Positions 1-14,682 of a stretch of 64,000 nt of DNA are shown here, piece by piece. Within the stretch, counting starts at the first letter, position 1. The number at the start of each line of letters is the position of its first letter. Where the stretch lies: contig NC_087246.1 in assembly GCF_037042905.1 (NCBI RefSeq), forward strand, positions 8,806,001 through 8,870,000. The letters run 5' to 3'. The notes beneath the pieces were generated by a model. The model was given only the letters and a program-made list of their open reading frames with translations. It did not search any database and had not been told where the DNA came from. The stretch is from Lytechinus pictus. Its lineage: Eukaryota. A program made the translations under genes and the position numbers.

Positions 1-2
1 AG

Positions 3-3000
3 ATCCGTCCTGTCGTACACCTATCCATAGCAAATGCAGGGTTTTGCATGTGCCTCATAACTCTTGATATTCTCTATATGTTCACACCTATTACGGTCCC
101 AACGACTATTTATCTTATCACACTTGAAGAGGTGAGTAGTGTTCATAAATCAATCGTTTTCTCAATAACCAAATATCTGCATTTATTAGGAAAATAGATT
201 TACAACCTCTCTTCAAGCATTAGCATCTGTATTCATTTATCATTTCAATAACATTATTATAAGAATTATCATAGTTTCTTTCCCATTGTTAAGATTTAAT
301 TCTATTTTCATTTAAGGGGAGGTTAATGTTTTTGTTTACATTCAAAGAAACGATAATCACAGGAGAATAAAGTTCTGTGAAGGTAAGGGATATATTCAGT
401 GTTATTTATCTCGATTCCTGTCCAAGTTGTTAAGCAATTAAAATCACTGATGTCTGGAATTCTCCATTAAGAATTAGTAAAATTATCATTCATCAAACTG
501 CATGTCATTTTACAGATGAATAATTGCATGTACTATGCATAATAGAATTCGCTAAGATGTTGATCTGGGGTTGATCTACAGAATACGCCACCCAATTTCA
601 GGCAAAACAAAACGACCAGTGTATTTTAGCACGCCTTTAACATTCTATTTTAGTCTATTTGATTATGTTATCTAATGATTTGTTTTCCTCCTTAGGTCTT
701 TTATTTAGTCTCGTTCAATTTGACCGCAAATTATTCGATGGTAGTCTACGCAAGACTGAAAACGAAACTCAGTATGTCTGAAGACCTGCAAACACTTGAA
801 GTAAGAATAAAGGCTTGTCCAGCTAGTATGCGACAAGATTCAGCCAGACATTTCTCTACACGTATAAACAAATATGGAACCAACAAAAATGTTACTAAGA
901 GACAGGAGACTATTTTTTGATCTGGCTTGAAACATGTAGAGAAACGTTCATTTCTTGAAATAATGTTACTACTCAAACCTACTTTCGACATATAACTCTC
1001 GTACAAGTCCTTTACATATTGGATAATCAGTCACATCATGATGTAAACAATCTTTTCATCATGTTTAATATAAGTTCAACTTTGTCGCATCAACTCCCAA
1101 CTCATTTTTATTTATTCAAATTTATGTTTTTAAGTAATTTAAGTATTAAAAAATCAAGCCGAATTGGGATTTGGCCTTCTTTTATCTTGGTACTCTGCGA
1201 TATACTTTTCTGATGGAGGGGGGGGGGGTCCATGCGATTTTTTTTTTTTGGAGATTGGGTGGAGGGAGGAATGACCCCGGGACATTGATAAGATTTATAG
1301 ATATTTTACCATTTGCCAAAGATATACATTTATATATCTTAGTAATTATCTTCGTAACAGAACATATCAAAATATGTTTACTCAATATTCCTTTTCTCTC
1401 TCTACCTTCGATAACGAGTCATAGAGAAGAGATAATCATAAGGGATTATAACGATAAATGCATGGCCTTTATGAACAGATTCATAAGACAAAACATAGCT
1501 TCTTAACTTTACCCAAGTATAAAGGGGTACTCTCGGCTTAAAAATATATGATTTTAACAGAAATAAAATTAGACAATCAAAACGCTGAAAATAACATCAA
1601 AATCGGACAAGGAAAAATAAAGTTATAGTATTTCAAATCTTTGCATTATTTCAGTGAAACTGTTCTATGCATGCCTTCATGAATATGCAACAAGCAAGCT
1701 GATGATGTCATATCGCCTCTTATCATTTTGTATATTTTTGTATGAATTTATTTTATTGAAATTTTGTCCACCAAGAAGAAAATAATAGATTGACGACTGA
1801 TTTAATGGGTAAGATATTCATTGCTGCAATTTGTTTGCAAGCATTACAAGAGATATATATCAGTAACACACATTCATGAAAATATTAAATAATCATTATA
1901 TTATTTAATGACAAAAGAAAAAGGAGAGTGGGGACACGATATCATCAGCCCACCTTTATCAATATTCATGATGGCATGCATATAACTGTTGTTGTTTTTT
2001 TACAAAATATAGCTACAGTTTAAAATTCAATAACTTTTTATTTGTCATCATAATTCGATGAAATTTTAAGCGTTTTGCTCGGTTAATTTTACTCTATTTA
2101 TTTAGATGTAATTATTTGTAGCCCGGAGTACCCCTTTAATGGTAGATTATCATGACAAAATAAATCAATGTAAAATCTTGACTCGGAGTAAGAAATCATC
2201 AGGAAGTAATTGAATTTATTACGCATGCAAGCACATTGCAAGTATTTTGAATTTGGGATGTTGACCGAGTTTGAATTAAACCCTGTCCAAATGGAGCAAC
2301 TGGGGGATTTATTGTTTAAAAGAATGAATATTTCACCACTCTTTGAAATATTCAGAACTTTTTATGTAATCTGACTCATAACACAATAGAAAGACTCGCA
2401 TAAATTCTGCGTTTTGATTGTGATAACGGAAGTCCTGACTAAATTTAAAGTTAATCGTGTTTACAAAAAGTTTTAGCAATGATTTTTTTATAAGATTCAG
2501 TTGAACGAATCAAGGCATGATGAGAGTAGCAATGTAATTCCTATCCCAAATGGGCAGAATAGACAACTCTCTTTATTTTGTTTCCCGCTACAATTTTCTC
2601 CACTTTATTCTCAAAATCTTGATAGCTTATTTATTCCCTATTTCACAATTTTTGCAGACCACAGAGACAATGAGGAGAAATATAAGGATTTCGTACTTCT
2701 TATCATGGTAAGTGTTGCCTCATATTTGGGGAATATCCACTCTATATTTCTGGTAAATGGATCATTTTTCTGTCCCGTAGTGTAAGCGGAGTTGTTTACA
2801 TATTCTTTTCGTGAAGTTACATAGCCTAAACGAACAAAGTGAACATTAAATATCAAAATAAAGTACTGATAATGCATATGAATTACAAAGCATAAGTATT
2901 GTATATTTACATAAATATAAGACAAATAACAGAAAAGAACAAACACACAAAGGGATCATTTAGTACTAGGTTTAAAACGACTTGTTTCTAATTTTTTTTC

Positions 3001-6000
3001 TTTTCAAATTCCTATTCCATAAATGTAAAGGTTAAACAAAAATCATTACTTAAACCACACCTGATAGTGATATAGTGGCACTCATTTGTCGTATGGTTGT
3101 TTTGAAATGCTCTGGTATCTTTGTGAGTTCTTGTTAGTTTTTTATCATAAACTGACTCATGTATAGTAAGACTTTCCAAGTTTAAAATCACCTAGACAAT
3201 AATCCTGTGCCACAGTTTCCCATACTAAATAGCTGCCTTGAAATCTGCTTTCTTTCCTCTAAAACTGCCACGGTTATGCTTTAAGGAGCCTCAGATTGTC
3301 TATATTTCCATAGACGACTTGACTTGTTTCACTTTCCAAACTTAGGAGTAGGCTTACAGTTTTAACTTAATTTTTTTGCTAGCAGCAACGGGTCCGAGGA
3401 GTAACTACGAAGTTGCTCGTCCAGGCTTGGAGAAAACCTGGTCGAAGTACTTGGTGACTTACGCTAGCCATCGACTTGGATTTTAGTGGTCGGTGGGGGG
3501 AGGGGAGGGAGCAAAGAGTTCAACCCCAATGGAACCGTAACATTCTATTTTCACTTTACCTTCGGTGAGAAAATGCAAACTTTCAAGTGATAGACATGTT
3601 TTTTTCTAAAACAGTGACAAAACTTGTGAAATCAGCAAGGATTCCTCAAAAACATGTCCATTCCCCGTCGAGCGCGGTAGGGTTGCAATCTAAACTTGTA
3701 AAAAGTAAATTCCTTGTAAATATTTAATTCATGTATACTCAATGCTAATGTCCGTTCAGAACTCTCTGTTGCATCAAATTAAATTATTGATCTTTGACTA
3801 AGTACCCAATAAGTTGACATACTAAGTAAATGGATCCGTTGTTATAGCTAACATAGCACTTTATTCATTGATCTTTAGTACCTTTTGAAAATAATAACAA
3901 TAGGCCTATAGGTTATTTGTATAGCGCATCATATCCACCTTGTTAGGTGCTCAAGACGCTCCTATATTACCCAGGCTAAGCTTGGCTATACCGATTCCGG
4001 TGCTCATAGCTTATTGAGGAACCACGTCCTGATGGTCCCAATTTACCTCACCTGAGTTGAAAATTACGCCATGACTGGTATTCGAAACCACAATCCTCTG
4101 TTTCAGAGTCCGGAGACTAATCCACTGAGGCACTACGCTCCACAGATTAGATTCATCCAAGCGAGCATAGTGAGATTGATATTAATATATACTGACGTCT
4201 GTGTGTATTTTGAATGCCATTCCACATCGGACGACATTTCAAGTGGTCACTAAATTGTGAAAACTTGTTCCGAACTTTGATGTGGACTGTGGTTAACATT
4301 TTCGGTTCCTACTACCTGTAGAGCGAGAATCAAAGTTAGAGTACCCTATCATTGAAGATTAGTTCCATGTGTTATCATCAAACATATCTGAATATAAATT
4401 AAACATCATAATCATTCATTAAACACGCTAAATAGCTGTCACTATTCATTCCTTATTCTACAGGTTTCTACCACCTCTGCTGTTGGTACCCATAACAGTC
4501 ACCGTGCTGGCTAAACATGTCGAAATACAATTCTGTTATCTGTACGTATGTTCAGTTCTTATTCAAATATTGACCCCCGGTATTGACAACCGGTCTCAAA
4601 ATACCCAAATAATATTTGCTTCACTTCTATCGGATGGCCGGATCCAGTATTTTAGAATGGGGGGGGGGGGGCACAGAAAAAATGATAATGAAAATAAAAT
4701 AAAATCTGTCACTCCCATATTCATTGTTAGTAGTCTCCCTTAACAGTTAAGGACGTTCCACAGTTATGTTTGTTCGCATTATTATCTGCGCATAGTTAAC
4801 ACTCTGCGCGCTGACGTCACAATGGATGAACAGGTGATTAATTAGCTGCAGGTTTGAGCTGATTTTTCTCATCTTCTGCACTTTAACTGCAGATCCTATG
4901 TGTTATTTCATGAAACTAAAAAATGGAATTATTCCATAGACCATTCAAAAAAAATTATCTACAATTTCAAAATACTTTACTCTGCAGTGCTGCCAAGAAT
5001 CACGAATATTACCCCGAGTTTGAATAAATGGTAGAGTGGTTTTGATTTTTTCTTCACATAGATACAAAGCATTCGGCGCATTTTTGGTGTTTTAAAAAGC
5101 ACATTTGCTCTAATAAAAATGCTGATAGTTTAAAAACAAGCACATGAACCCCCATTTTTTAATGTTTGTACCTCTAAGGTATACCTTCCTCTACAACTCT
5201 GCAAATTTTGGTGAAAATGACATGGATTTTGAATAAAGTGCAGCATATATTGTACGTTTGTAGTTTGTTACTGAAATTTCACATTTTTTATATTGGGATT
5301 TTGTTATCTTTTACGCCATTTTTAAGAACTGGCAGTGCTGTTAAACTTAAAATTGCAAACAAATAGCACTATAAATAGATTCTCCATTCTAACGATACAA
5401 TTATTAACTCTCTTGCGAAATTTGATGACTTTTCATGTATTTTGACTGAGTAATAGAGGTTTAAACTCATTGTAGTAATATTGGGCGGTCTAAAAATGCC
5501 AAATTCTTTTGAATGCGCAATTCTTAAGAACATCAATTTGGGTGAACTTTGAAGCTCTTTAGCAAAAAATCAAGCACATGGACCTATGTTATTTTTTGCA
5601 TATTTCGAATATTAAGGTTCTAAAGTATCTATGAGCAAAGTTTGGTGAAAATGACATGGATTTCACTTTAACTGTGGAACGTCCTTAAATGATAGTTTAC
5701 AGCACTTTGTGTTCATTAAATTACATTTCTTTTATTGTTTTTATTGACCCTTCAGTCCTTCGATGTTGTATTTTTTTATCAATTAAGAATGTTTATCATT
5801 TTCAGATGCCCTACTGTCATCTACTATCCAAGAAGTGAGGTACATTACACATTTTTTACCATTTTGATAAGATATCTGCGCTTAGTGTAATGGGACGTGG
5901 CTTGTGTCATTACATCGGGCTGTCACGTTGGGTCGGGCAATCGCGAAATCCGACCATGCCGACCATTCGAGAATATGGCACCGTTAATTCCTGAAACGTA

Positions 6001-9000
6001 TGATGAACTTTACCCGATGTTCCGTAAAAAAATATAGCAAAATTATCGAATGGTCGACAACCCGTTGTGATGAAACAAGCCATGAGACGTCGACCTTCCG
6101 AAAATTATTAGTAAAAAATCATTTTAGAATTTCTATGACCATCATTTCGTTAGGCCACGACAAAGCTCATTGCGCCAAATGCGACAGAAATCAGCGCATA
6201 GTGACCTCAGGTGTAGCCATATACTTGGCGCCATTGGAATGAATAAAATGAATACAATAATTAAAAAGAATACAAATTTACCTGGTTCATATAATGTTTA
6301 GAAGCATTGAATTCAATGTGTATACATGAACCGATTTCCACCCACCGAATCTGGGCCTCGTTGCATAAAATTTACAATTATGGTATCTTTGTCATCCAAT
6401 GTATCTACCATGGTGACAGTGCTCATCAGCTAATCAAAATCAAGAATTCCATGACAGATACCATTAGACATGTTAGGTATAGTTAGATGGCAAATTTGCC
6501 ATAATTGTAACTTTTATGCAACGGGGTCATGTAGTTTCGGTCTACTGAGACAGAGACGCTGAGGTGGAAAAGGTAGGGTGACGTCAACGCTTTTATCACA
6601 AAAATAACAATTTTTGTAATATATTTACCTTTATTTTGATTTTTAAGATGATTTTTATGATAATAAGAATAAAAAGAAAAATGACAGTAATGGTGATGGC
6701 ACTGACAATAAAAATGATCATAATAATAATAAAAAATGAAAACGAGAATAAATATAATGATATAATGTTGATAGTACAGTAGGATAATGATTTCCAAAAA
6801 TGTGTGTGACTATAAAACAAAGTAAATTAAATCAATCCATATCCTTTTGTCATTTCCTTTTGACAGGGTACTTTATTTGACAGTAGTTTTCTAAAAAATA
6901 TTGGTATCATCTCAGTCATTGTTACCTACTTCATCGTTGTGTTGACTATTTTGGTGAGTCGTTTCAAATCGTTACTTGATTTCTATATACATGCACACTT
7001 CAAAGGATATTGTATATATTAACCTTGGAATGGAAAGGATATGCCAATGGTCGACAAAGATATTGATATGAAGTTATCTTTGTATGGAGTTTGCATTATA
7101 CATAATCAATTACATCGCTTTCATGCCGTTGATTTTCCTTGCAGATTTCGACAATTGTCTTTGTCATGTTACCACGAAAACATTACGAATATAATGGACA
7201 TCTAAATTTCGGCAAAATGTTTCATGGCTTTGACGATTTTGTTCGATTTGCTATATTGATTTACTCTACTGCTTCTTCATAGTTTGACTGTTTCAAATAA
7301 TTTATCATAATGACACCACAAATAGGCTAGCAAAAGATTATAAGCGATCACATTCTAATTGGCAATAGTAGGCCTAATGACTTACTATTACTTTTATTAA
7401 AATTTATATGACAAGACTAATGCTGCAGGATACGAGCCTATATGTGTACACACACTGCACAGTAAAAACGCTGATTAAATATTCTATACAATATTTATTA
7501 AGATTTATTCATTTTCCGTCCAATAAAATACATCAAAATAAAATCCAAATAACAATGGGGCGGATCCAAGATCTTTCGAAAGGGGGGCACATTTTCCCGA
7601 GGAAAACTTTGACAAGCAAAAAAAAGTTTTAACCAAAAATTAAGAGGATTTCGTCTACGAAAAAAATTGACAAGCACGGATATAAAGGTCTTTACTTTAA
7701 AAAAGGGGGGATTCACTTCTGTTTTAACGCCATTCATTCATTACAAATTTTAATTGTGCCTCTCAAATGGATTCGCCAGTGGATATCCGTATGCCTCTAT
7801 TGCCTCCGATAGAACCAAGTTCAATTCTGATTTAATAATTTTCATTCTTTTCTTCGTTCCTCAGATTTTCTTTTCTTTATCGCAAAGAATATGTACAAAG
7901 TTATTAAAGAATGAAAGTAAGTACATTATATTTCTTCTTATTTCGTATATTCATATAATGTATGATTTTGAAAAACAAAATAATGGAGAAAACAATGGTG
8001 AAACAAGACTTAGATATAAAGAATGATTTTGATAACTAAAAAAGTAGGGGGTAGGATGGGCAAATTTATCCAAAACATATATACGTATATGGCTCAGTCG
8101 ATACTGTATTTTATAACAAATCCACTCACATTCTTTTTTTAATTGGTATTTCCGCATTGAACATTTTATAAAACATTGTAAAACATCCTTTTGCAGTTTT
8201 TTTTTTACAGTTGTTGTCGAAGGCATTGTAGGTTACTGTAAAACATGATCAAATACATGTGAGTTGTTATTTCATTTAAGTATTCTCGAAAAGGATATGT
8301 GAATATTCTGGTCGCACGCTTCGCTAACTTGCTAAAAAGGAAATATAACTTGATGATAGCAAGTGGCACAAACAACATTATCAAAATTACCGGGCATGGT
8401 TGCTCAGTCGTAGAGCGCATGCCTTATATGAACGGGAGGTCGTGGGTTCAATCACTTGCCGAGTCATACCAAAGACTTATAAAAATGTGACCTTCTGCCT
8501 TCTTGCTTAGCGCTCAACATTTAGATTGGAGAAGGGTAATGATAACATATATTACGTTAAGCAGGGCTCGCTGGTAGAGCAGTTTCCTAACTGAAGTGGC
8601 TACCCTGGGTAAATAAAACGTTATTGTTATTATCATTAAATGAATAAGAATCCATTAAGACAATGTTTGAAATTATTTTCCTGTATGTGGGCGCAAGGGG
8701 AAGAGACGCAAATGATCAATAAGTTAGTCGAAATACATATACTAGGTCTTACAAAATGGTACAGATCAGAGATATTACACCCCAACTAAAATGTTTTGGC
8801 AACGCCCCAGTGTGAACCAGGAATTTACAGGGGCCGCGGAACGGTTTTCAAAGTCGGGGGGGGGGGGGCTGAGCATGCAAAAAATCACAATGATATGATA
8901 ATTTTTACGTTTTTGTACACGGTTTTGGAAAAAAGTGGGGGGTGAAGCCAAACAGCTCCCCCCCCCCTCCCTCCGCTTCCGCGGCCCCTGATTTACACAA

Positions 9001-9469
9001 GCTTATGAGACATGTCTTTCATGACTTGAGCCCTGTAAATTTTCCTCTTCAAGCTCCAGGAGCCACAAGAAAACAGATATTGATTCTAACCTATGATTGA
9101 TAACAAACTCTCTTTATATTCAGATATTGAAGTTCATGATCAAAGAGTAATCAGATGGCTCCGTACGAGGATATCATTGCATATACTCAGTTTCATTTAC
9201 TGTTGGACACCAGGTTATTGTTCATATCTATTTCCTTCCTCTTTTTCGCTTCTTCAGTCGTTTTTTTTTTTTTTTTTCATTCTTCTTCTTCTTCTTCTTT
9301 TTCTTTTTCTTCTTTTTCTTCTTTGTAGTAGTAGTAGTAGTAGTAGTATTGCGATGCTTTGGCATTATTGTTTGATTGTTAAGCACCAATTTCTCTATTC
9401 AAATTATTTTTATATTGTAAATTTAAATAGGGTACATAGGAGACATACTACTACTACTACTACTACTAC

Positions 9470-9554
<85 letters not shown>

Positions 9555-11209
9555 TTATGGTAGGATTGCGATGCTTTGGCATTATTTTTTCTTTTTGTAC
9601 CAATTTCTCTATTCAAATTCTTTTCATATTGTATATTTAGGAGACATAGAAGACATTAATCTTCTTTCAAGCTCTGGCTTGATCTTGTACGTCATAATAT
9701 AGCCTTTTGTGCAAGATAACAAAATATGTAAGTGTTTAACGGTCATTTAAAAAAACAGCAATAATAACTACGTTACCAACAAATGAGGATATTTCTTATG
9801 AACAACATTTGGATTCACAAGAAGATGTAATCCATGAAAGTAATGCAAAAACCAGAAAACCTTTTGAAAGTTTTGGAAATTATAACAATAGTTCACTCTA
9901 ATTCTCATTATTGGTCCTTTCCCTACTCGACAGGCAGGCTTTAACTAATATGAATATCATGTGTTTCAGCTTTTCTTATCAGTATACTAGTTCTGGTCGT
10001 TGATGTTTGGAACGAAGAAATAGAAAACTGTGCTCCACTATTTTATGTATGGGTAAGCATTCAAAAAAGCTTTAGTCGGATATTATCTTTGCATAATATT
10101 GAGTAAACCAGTCTAATGAAATAAGGGGAGGGGAGAATGTAATTATAGAAATTTACTTCTTTGTAGTTTACTCATTACAGACTGACAGATAACATACAAT
10201 ATGCAATGACATTTTATTTCTTATATTCTATCATTTTATGTTAATAAATTTGTCAATTATTTATGACGCATTCATTTAATGTAGCGTACTTTGCTCGGAA
10301 TATCTATTGTTTTTGTTTTAGTGTGTTGAAACACTTATTCTAAGTACAGTATGAGAAAATTTTGAATGGTATAAAGAATTAAATCAAACTATTTCTTTAC
10401 TTTCTGCAAAGTGCATGAATTATGTTAATATTTTCAATAACAAATGTTATAGTTTCTTGCGATGTAGAGCAGTTCTGTACTGAAGAGACTACCCTTGGTA
10501 AATAAAACAAAATAAATAAATAAATAAATAATAAATAAAAAGAAAGAAAGTCTTACATCATTATGTGCGTATTAAATTTTATCTAAGGTAAAGACCAGGA
10601 TTGCAAGAATTTCGTTGATAATTCCCAAAAATATATATTCAGTATTAGACATATTGATCTAGAGATTATACTCCAGTTCCAAAGTAATTCAAGTAAAGCT
10701 ACACTGTCAGATAACTAAAAGTTGTTTTTATCATATTTTCTCTCGTCATAATATACAAAACACAACCATTCACTGTAAATTCGCCCTTCTCTCTCTCTCT
10801 CTCTCTCTTTCCATTAAATTCTTTAATTTCAAAGGCTGTGACAGCTCCCTGCTATGGTCTTATCCTTGCGGTTATTTACTTCTACTCGATCTACTTCCAA
10901 AATACCCAGTCTCAAATTTCGAGAGAGAGGAGACCCTTCGGTTCCCGGATATACCGTTTCTACGGGACCGGCAGTCAGCGATCAAGATGGCCCAGAGTTA
11001 GGACGCCCTCACCAAGTGTAAGCGAAGGCAGTCAGGTCGAGGACACAAACACGAATGTCGGCGGGGTGCTGTCGTTCCCTCCTAATGCAGCCTTGTCAAC
11101 TGTTGGAGTTAAGAAATCACAAAGAAGTCCCAGTTTTCTGGGCTTGTTGAAAACCAAAGATAGCGAACAAAAGGAAGGCGAAGGTGTTGAAAATCCTGAC
11201 ACGTTTTGA
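3..11209 (+). CDS. TMEM116: TMEM116-like multi-pass (GPCR-like) membrane protein, 5'-partial. Exons 3-131, 696-800, 2658-2707, 4464-4541, 5806-5839, 6867-6953, 7865-7916, 9124-9213, 9970-10052, 10835-11209
   Basis: Ten GT-AG-bounded exons join in phase without stops. Segments IRPVVHLSIANAGFCMCL, VFYLVSFNLTANY, WFLPPLLLVP, RISLHILSFIYCWTPAFL and AVTAPCYGLILAVIY parallel TMEM116 segments as I recall them (IRPLFYLS, IFYISSFLYTVNY, FFCCWGPA, ALTATSQGLL). Orthology not tested. Confidence 0.75.
1523..2135. mobile_element. Non-autonomous TIR element, Kolobok-type (TTAA target)
   Basis: Ends AGGGGTACTC...GAGTACCCCT, flanked by ATAA on the left and TTAA on the right; no ORF. Confidence 0.7.
3930..4140 (-). 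mobile_element. tRNA-derived SINE remnant
   Basis: The reverse complement shows a decayed tRNA head with a B-box (GGTTCGAATACC) at ~4077-4089. Boundaries are approximate. Confidence 0.5.
4751..5684. mobile_element. Non-autonomous TIR element, Kolobok-type
   Basis: Perfect 16-bp TIR GGACGTTCCACAGTTA...TAACTGTGGAACGTCC with TTAA on both sides. Confidence 0.85.
6353..6529. mobile_element. Short hairpin MITE
   Basis: About 40-bp imperfect inverted arms (CGTTGCATAAAATTTACAATTATGG / CCATAATTGTAACTTTTATGCAACG). Confidence 0.65.
8392..8637 (+). mobile_element. tRNA-derived SINE
   Basis: A-box-like TGCTCAGTCGTAGAGC, B-box-like GGTTCAATC, and a 3' end GGGTAAATAAAA plus (TTA)-rich tail. A related 3' fragment lies at ~10463-10545. 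Confidence 0.65.
8828..8990. mobile_element. MITE with CAGGGGCCGCGGAA TIRs and 5-bp TSD (copy 1)
   Basis: TIR CAGGGGCCGCGGAA...TTCCGCGGCCCCTG; TSD ATTTA. Confidence 0.85.
9448..9554. repeat. (CTA)n/(TAG)n microsatellite
   Basis: Read directly from the sequence. A shorter (TAG)n at ~9325-9347 has a similar downstream flank, indicating a local duplication. Confidence 0.95.
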
Positions 11210-14200
11210 ACAATGAAACATCCATGAATGGTGTGTTTTAGGGTGTAAAAGGACTGGCTGCTTCTCAGGAGTGAATGAATCACTGAATAGCAATGAACGA
11301 CTTCGGGACAATTCATTTGACAAACTATTTAATAGTGCCAGGTCGTGAAACTGGTGCATGGACAAATGTTCAAATTAAAGTTGGTTACAAGTAAAAGGTT
11401 AGCAACGGAATTATGGTGATTTGAAACCTTGCACACGCAACCACTATATGGCGTTAGAAAAAAAACTATATCAGGGTCCTCACAAAATAGGCCAATTGCA
11501 GCCTGGTGAACATGATTAAAGCCTTTGTTATGACAAGCAACCAGGAAACACACTACCGAACAATGTGTAAATTTGTCCAAATCAGTCAAGAAAACGCCAG
11601 TATAGGAAATTAAATGATCACTTGTACTATATCATGTATATATAGACCATGCCATTCTACCAACCATCAAAGCGGGCAAATTTAAAAATCATACGCGTTA
11701 TTTTCCTCCATTAAAATATGATCAGGATATCAAATAATATGAAAAGAAAACAATGTATACCTTTTGAAATACTACTTTTTATTCAAGTTTTGCCCCCCCC
11801 CCCCTTTTTTTTTATGCTCCATAAAGGTATTAGTCTAAAAATTTGTGATATTCTCCCTGAGGTGCGTTCAAGCAAATTCTTTAAAATTATCATAATCAGT
11901 ACGCACGTTCATATATTCAACAATCTATTTGGTTTTATATAGGAATTACGATCTTCGAGTTGTGCAACTTGAAAATAAACTTCTCGTGGTAGAAGTTTCA
12001 ATGTTATGAATAAAAGATGAATTATGACATGCAGACAAATTTAACGGCGGTCATTTTATGTCTTATTTATTAGTTCAGCAATTTGAATATTGGATACTAT
12101 CATGACTCTGACAAGTATAAAGCAACTCTGTAGATCAGCATGTCAGATGCAAGAAGATTATTAGATTTACACGATTATTTACCTGCGTTAAGTGAATGAC
12201 TTTCTTCGGAAGATCATTATTAAAGAAACTAAAATTGATTCCTATGTCTGTGGGTTTTCTTGTTCATTTAATTGGTTAACTTGTATTTTTACACTGTTGG
12301 GGAAACTCATAAAAGCCTTCGATCCACGTCTTGATCGTTACTAGGAATCTAGGCTATTGTCTCGTCTTCTATTTTATTTATTTTTTTATTAAGAGCGCAG
12401 AAAACAATTATGAAATATTACCAAGCTTAATCAATTCAGACATAGATGAGTTTGATTAAGTTTTATGCGTTAGATGAAATCCTTCTTTTGAAGGAAGTGA
12501 ATAGTAAGTGCGTTAGGGAATTTATCCTGGCGATGGAGAGAGAGAGAGAGGAATAGGAGGAGGGAGAGAAAGATTGTGCGTGGGTGTCGGTTTGTGTGTT
12601 TGAATATTTTCTTCTCTTTCTTGCATGTATAAAGAAGAAACAGTATTTATTGGTGTATAATTGTATTATTGTTCTGTGTATTTTTATAGAAAAACAGTAT
12701 CCATGTATAATTAGAAATTCTTATTTTAATTGATAAATTTCATGATCTGAAATAAAATAAATGATATATCACTTAAAGTAAACAAAATAAGATGGTGTGG
12801 GTGTGTGGATGTATTATGTACATGTATGCGTATGTGTATGTGTATGCGTATGTGTGCAATGGTATATGTCCGCGTGTGAATGTGAGTGCTTGCTGCCAGG
12901 GATGGGGGGGGGGGTCTTCCTATCTCCATGGTTAGCAAAATATATGTTTGAGTAGATCCAAAAAGAAAGAATATTTTGTTTGGGGTGTGGAAAAGGTTTT
13001 GTTTGTTTTATTTTGTTGATGTTGTGTTTTGTTTTGTTTTCGTGTGTGCTTTATATATAAAATCTTTATTCAGATTATTGTATACTTTCTAAGAATAAAC
13101 ATAGAGACTTTTTTTTTCTGTATTGTCCTACAAAAGTTGGAGGAATGAATATACATGTATAAGTACTTTTTTTTTATTATGGGATAACGTCTTCACTTAA
13201 AAAAGTCTGTACTTTTGATTTTTCATCATACAATACGGTATTATTATACAGTAAATACATGTGAAATTACGAGGTTTTTGTTATTGGTATTATGGGTTAT
13301 GGTAATATTTGTTCGAAAAATTTATATCAAGATGTATATTATTTCATTTGTTATATTGCTGTATAAGTGTACTTCACTTTAATTTGCATACATGTATTTG
13401 ATTTATTACCCTTGTACATGAAAAATGTAATAGTATCTGAATAAAGGCTAAAAAAGCAAGAAAAAAAAAGTATGTGTGCACGCTCATTCGATGTATGTGT
13501 GCACATGTCGTGATGGTTGTGTGTTTATGTGGGTGAATCAGAGACTGCGGGAGTAGGAAAGAAGTGAAGATAATGGATTGCATTCCTTACTGACTTACTG
13601 CATGAATTTGAATATCAGTTAAGAATCCAACATTACATACTAGATGAGAAATTGTGAACATGATGAAATTTCTTTTTTACACTCGACAACTACTGTGTTT
13701 GAGAACAGACTGTTTAAAAGAGAGAGAAATGTCGGAATATAATTATGTACGTCGGGGGTCTTATTTTGTGAGATTTAACTTCATACAGGATGTATTGTAC
13801 AAAAATAAGGTTTAATAATTCTTTAATTTAATTATTCGTTTAATAATCATATTTATCATGTCTATGATTATGCCACCGGTACCCCATTTGTGTCAGTAAA
13901 ACCTGATTTTTTAATCAATTTCTGACAATTTTCACGAGACCTTTGAATTATTCATAACAATGTGTTTCAAATAAAACTTACAGCCAGGACTTTAGAATTT
14001 AATAATCTTCTTTGCAGTTATATACACTAAAATTCAAAACAAAAGCTAGAATGCTTCAATTTCTGCAATAGCGGTGAGGGCATTCACTGCTATTTTCATG
14101 AAGAAGGGGAAATTTAAATATCTTTCAAACCTATATCAGTTTATTGGAGGTTTTGAATCAATGATTTTCTTTGGAGTAGTTCTTACTTTACAAGAAAACT

Positions 14201-14379
14201 GAAAATATGGAATATTGTAACATGCCCGGTGAATGCTGGGGGATATAATTCCAGGAATTTCATCTATGAACACGGAATATCTAAACTGAAATTATGAATA
14301 ATCATTACTTGTACGACACAGAGAGGAATATCATAAGACGACCACAATAAAAAAAATGGTAACTCAAATCCGTGGGTGT

Positions 14380-14682
14380 ATTGGTTTTAGACAAACAATA
14401 CATATTCTGTTTCTGCTATGGTAATTCCCGTAGGCACGGTAGGAACTCGGCAGGACAGCTTTTTGCAGGTGTAATGCCAAGTTGGTACATAACCGATTAC
14501 CTCTGATTGCTCTGAAACATTTTACATTTAAGTTAATCAGTCAGAATGGCTGGCAATAATTATAGACGACAGAAATTACTCTCGGGTCTTTTTATCAAAC
14601 TCGAGATAATGGCAGAGCGGGGATTCAAACTCCCAACCTTACGGTTATGAGTCCAATGCTCTAACCACTCGACCACACGACC
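14380..14682 (-). mobile_element. tRNA-derived SINE remnant
   Basis: The reverse complement begins GGTCGTGTGGTCGAGTGGTTAGAGCATTGGACTCATAACC...GAGTTTGAATCC, a tRNA-like head. The 3' boundary is approximate. Confidence 0.55.

Noticed and set aside
9214..9616. Poly-Ser/Thr/Leu ORFs
   Set aside because: These read through intronic (TAG)n, (CTA)n and (CTT)n repeats; only 9124-9213 is exonic.
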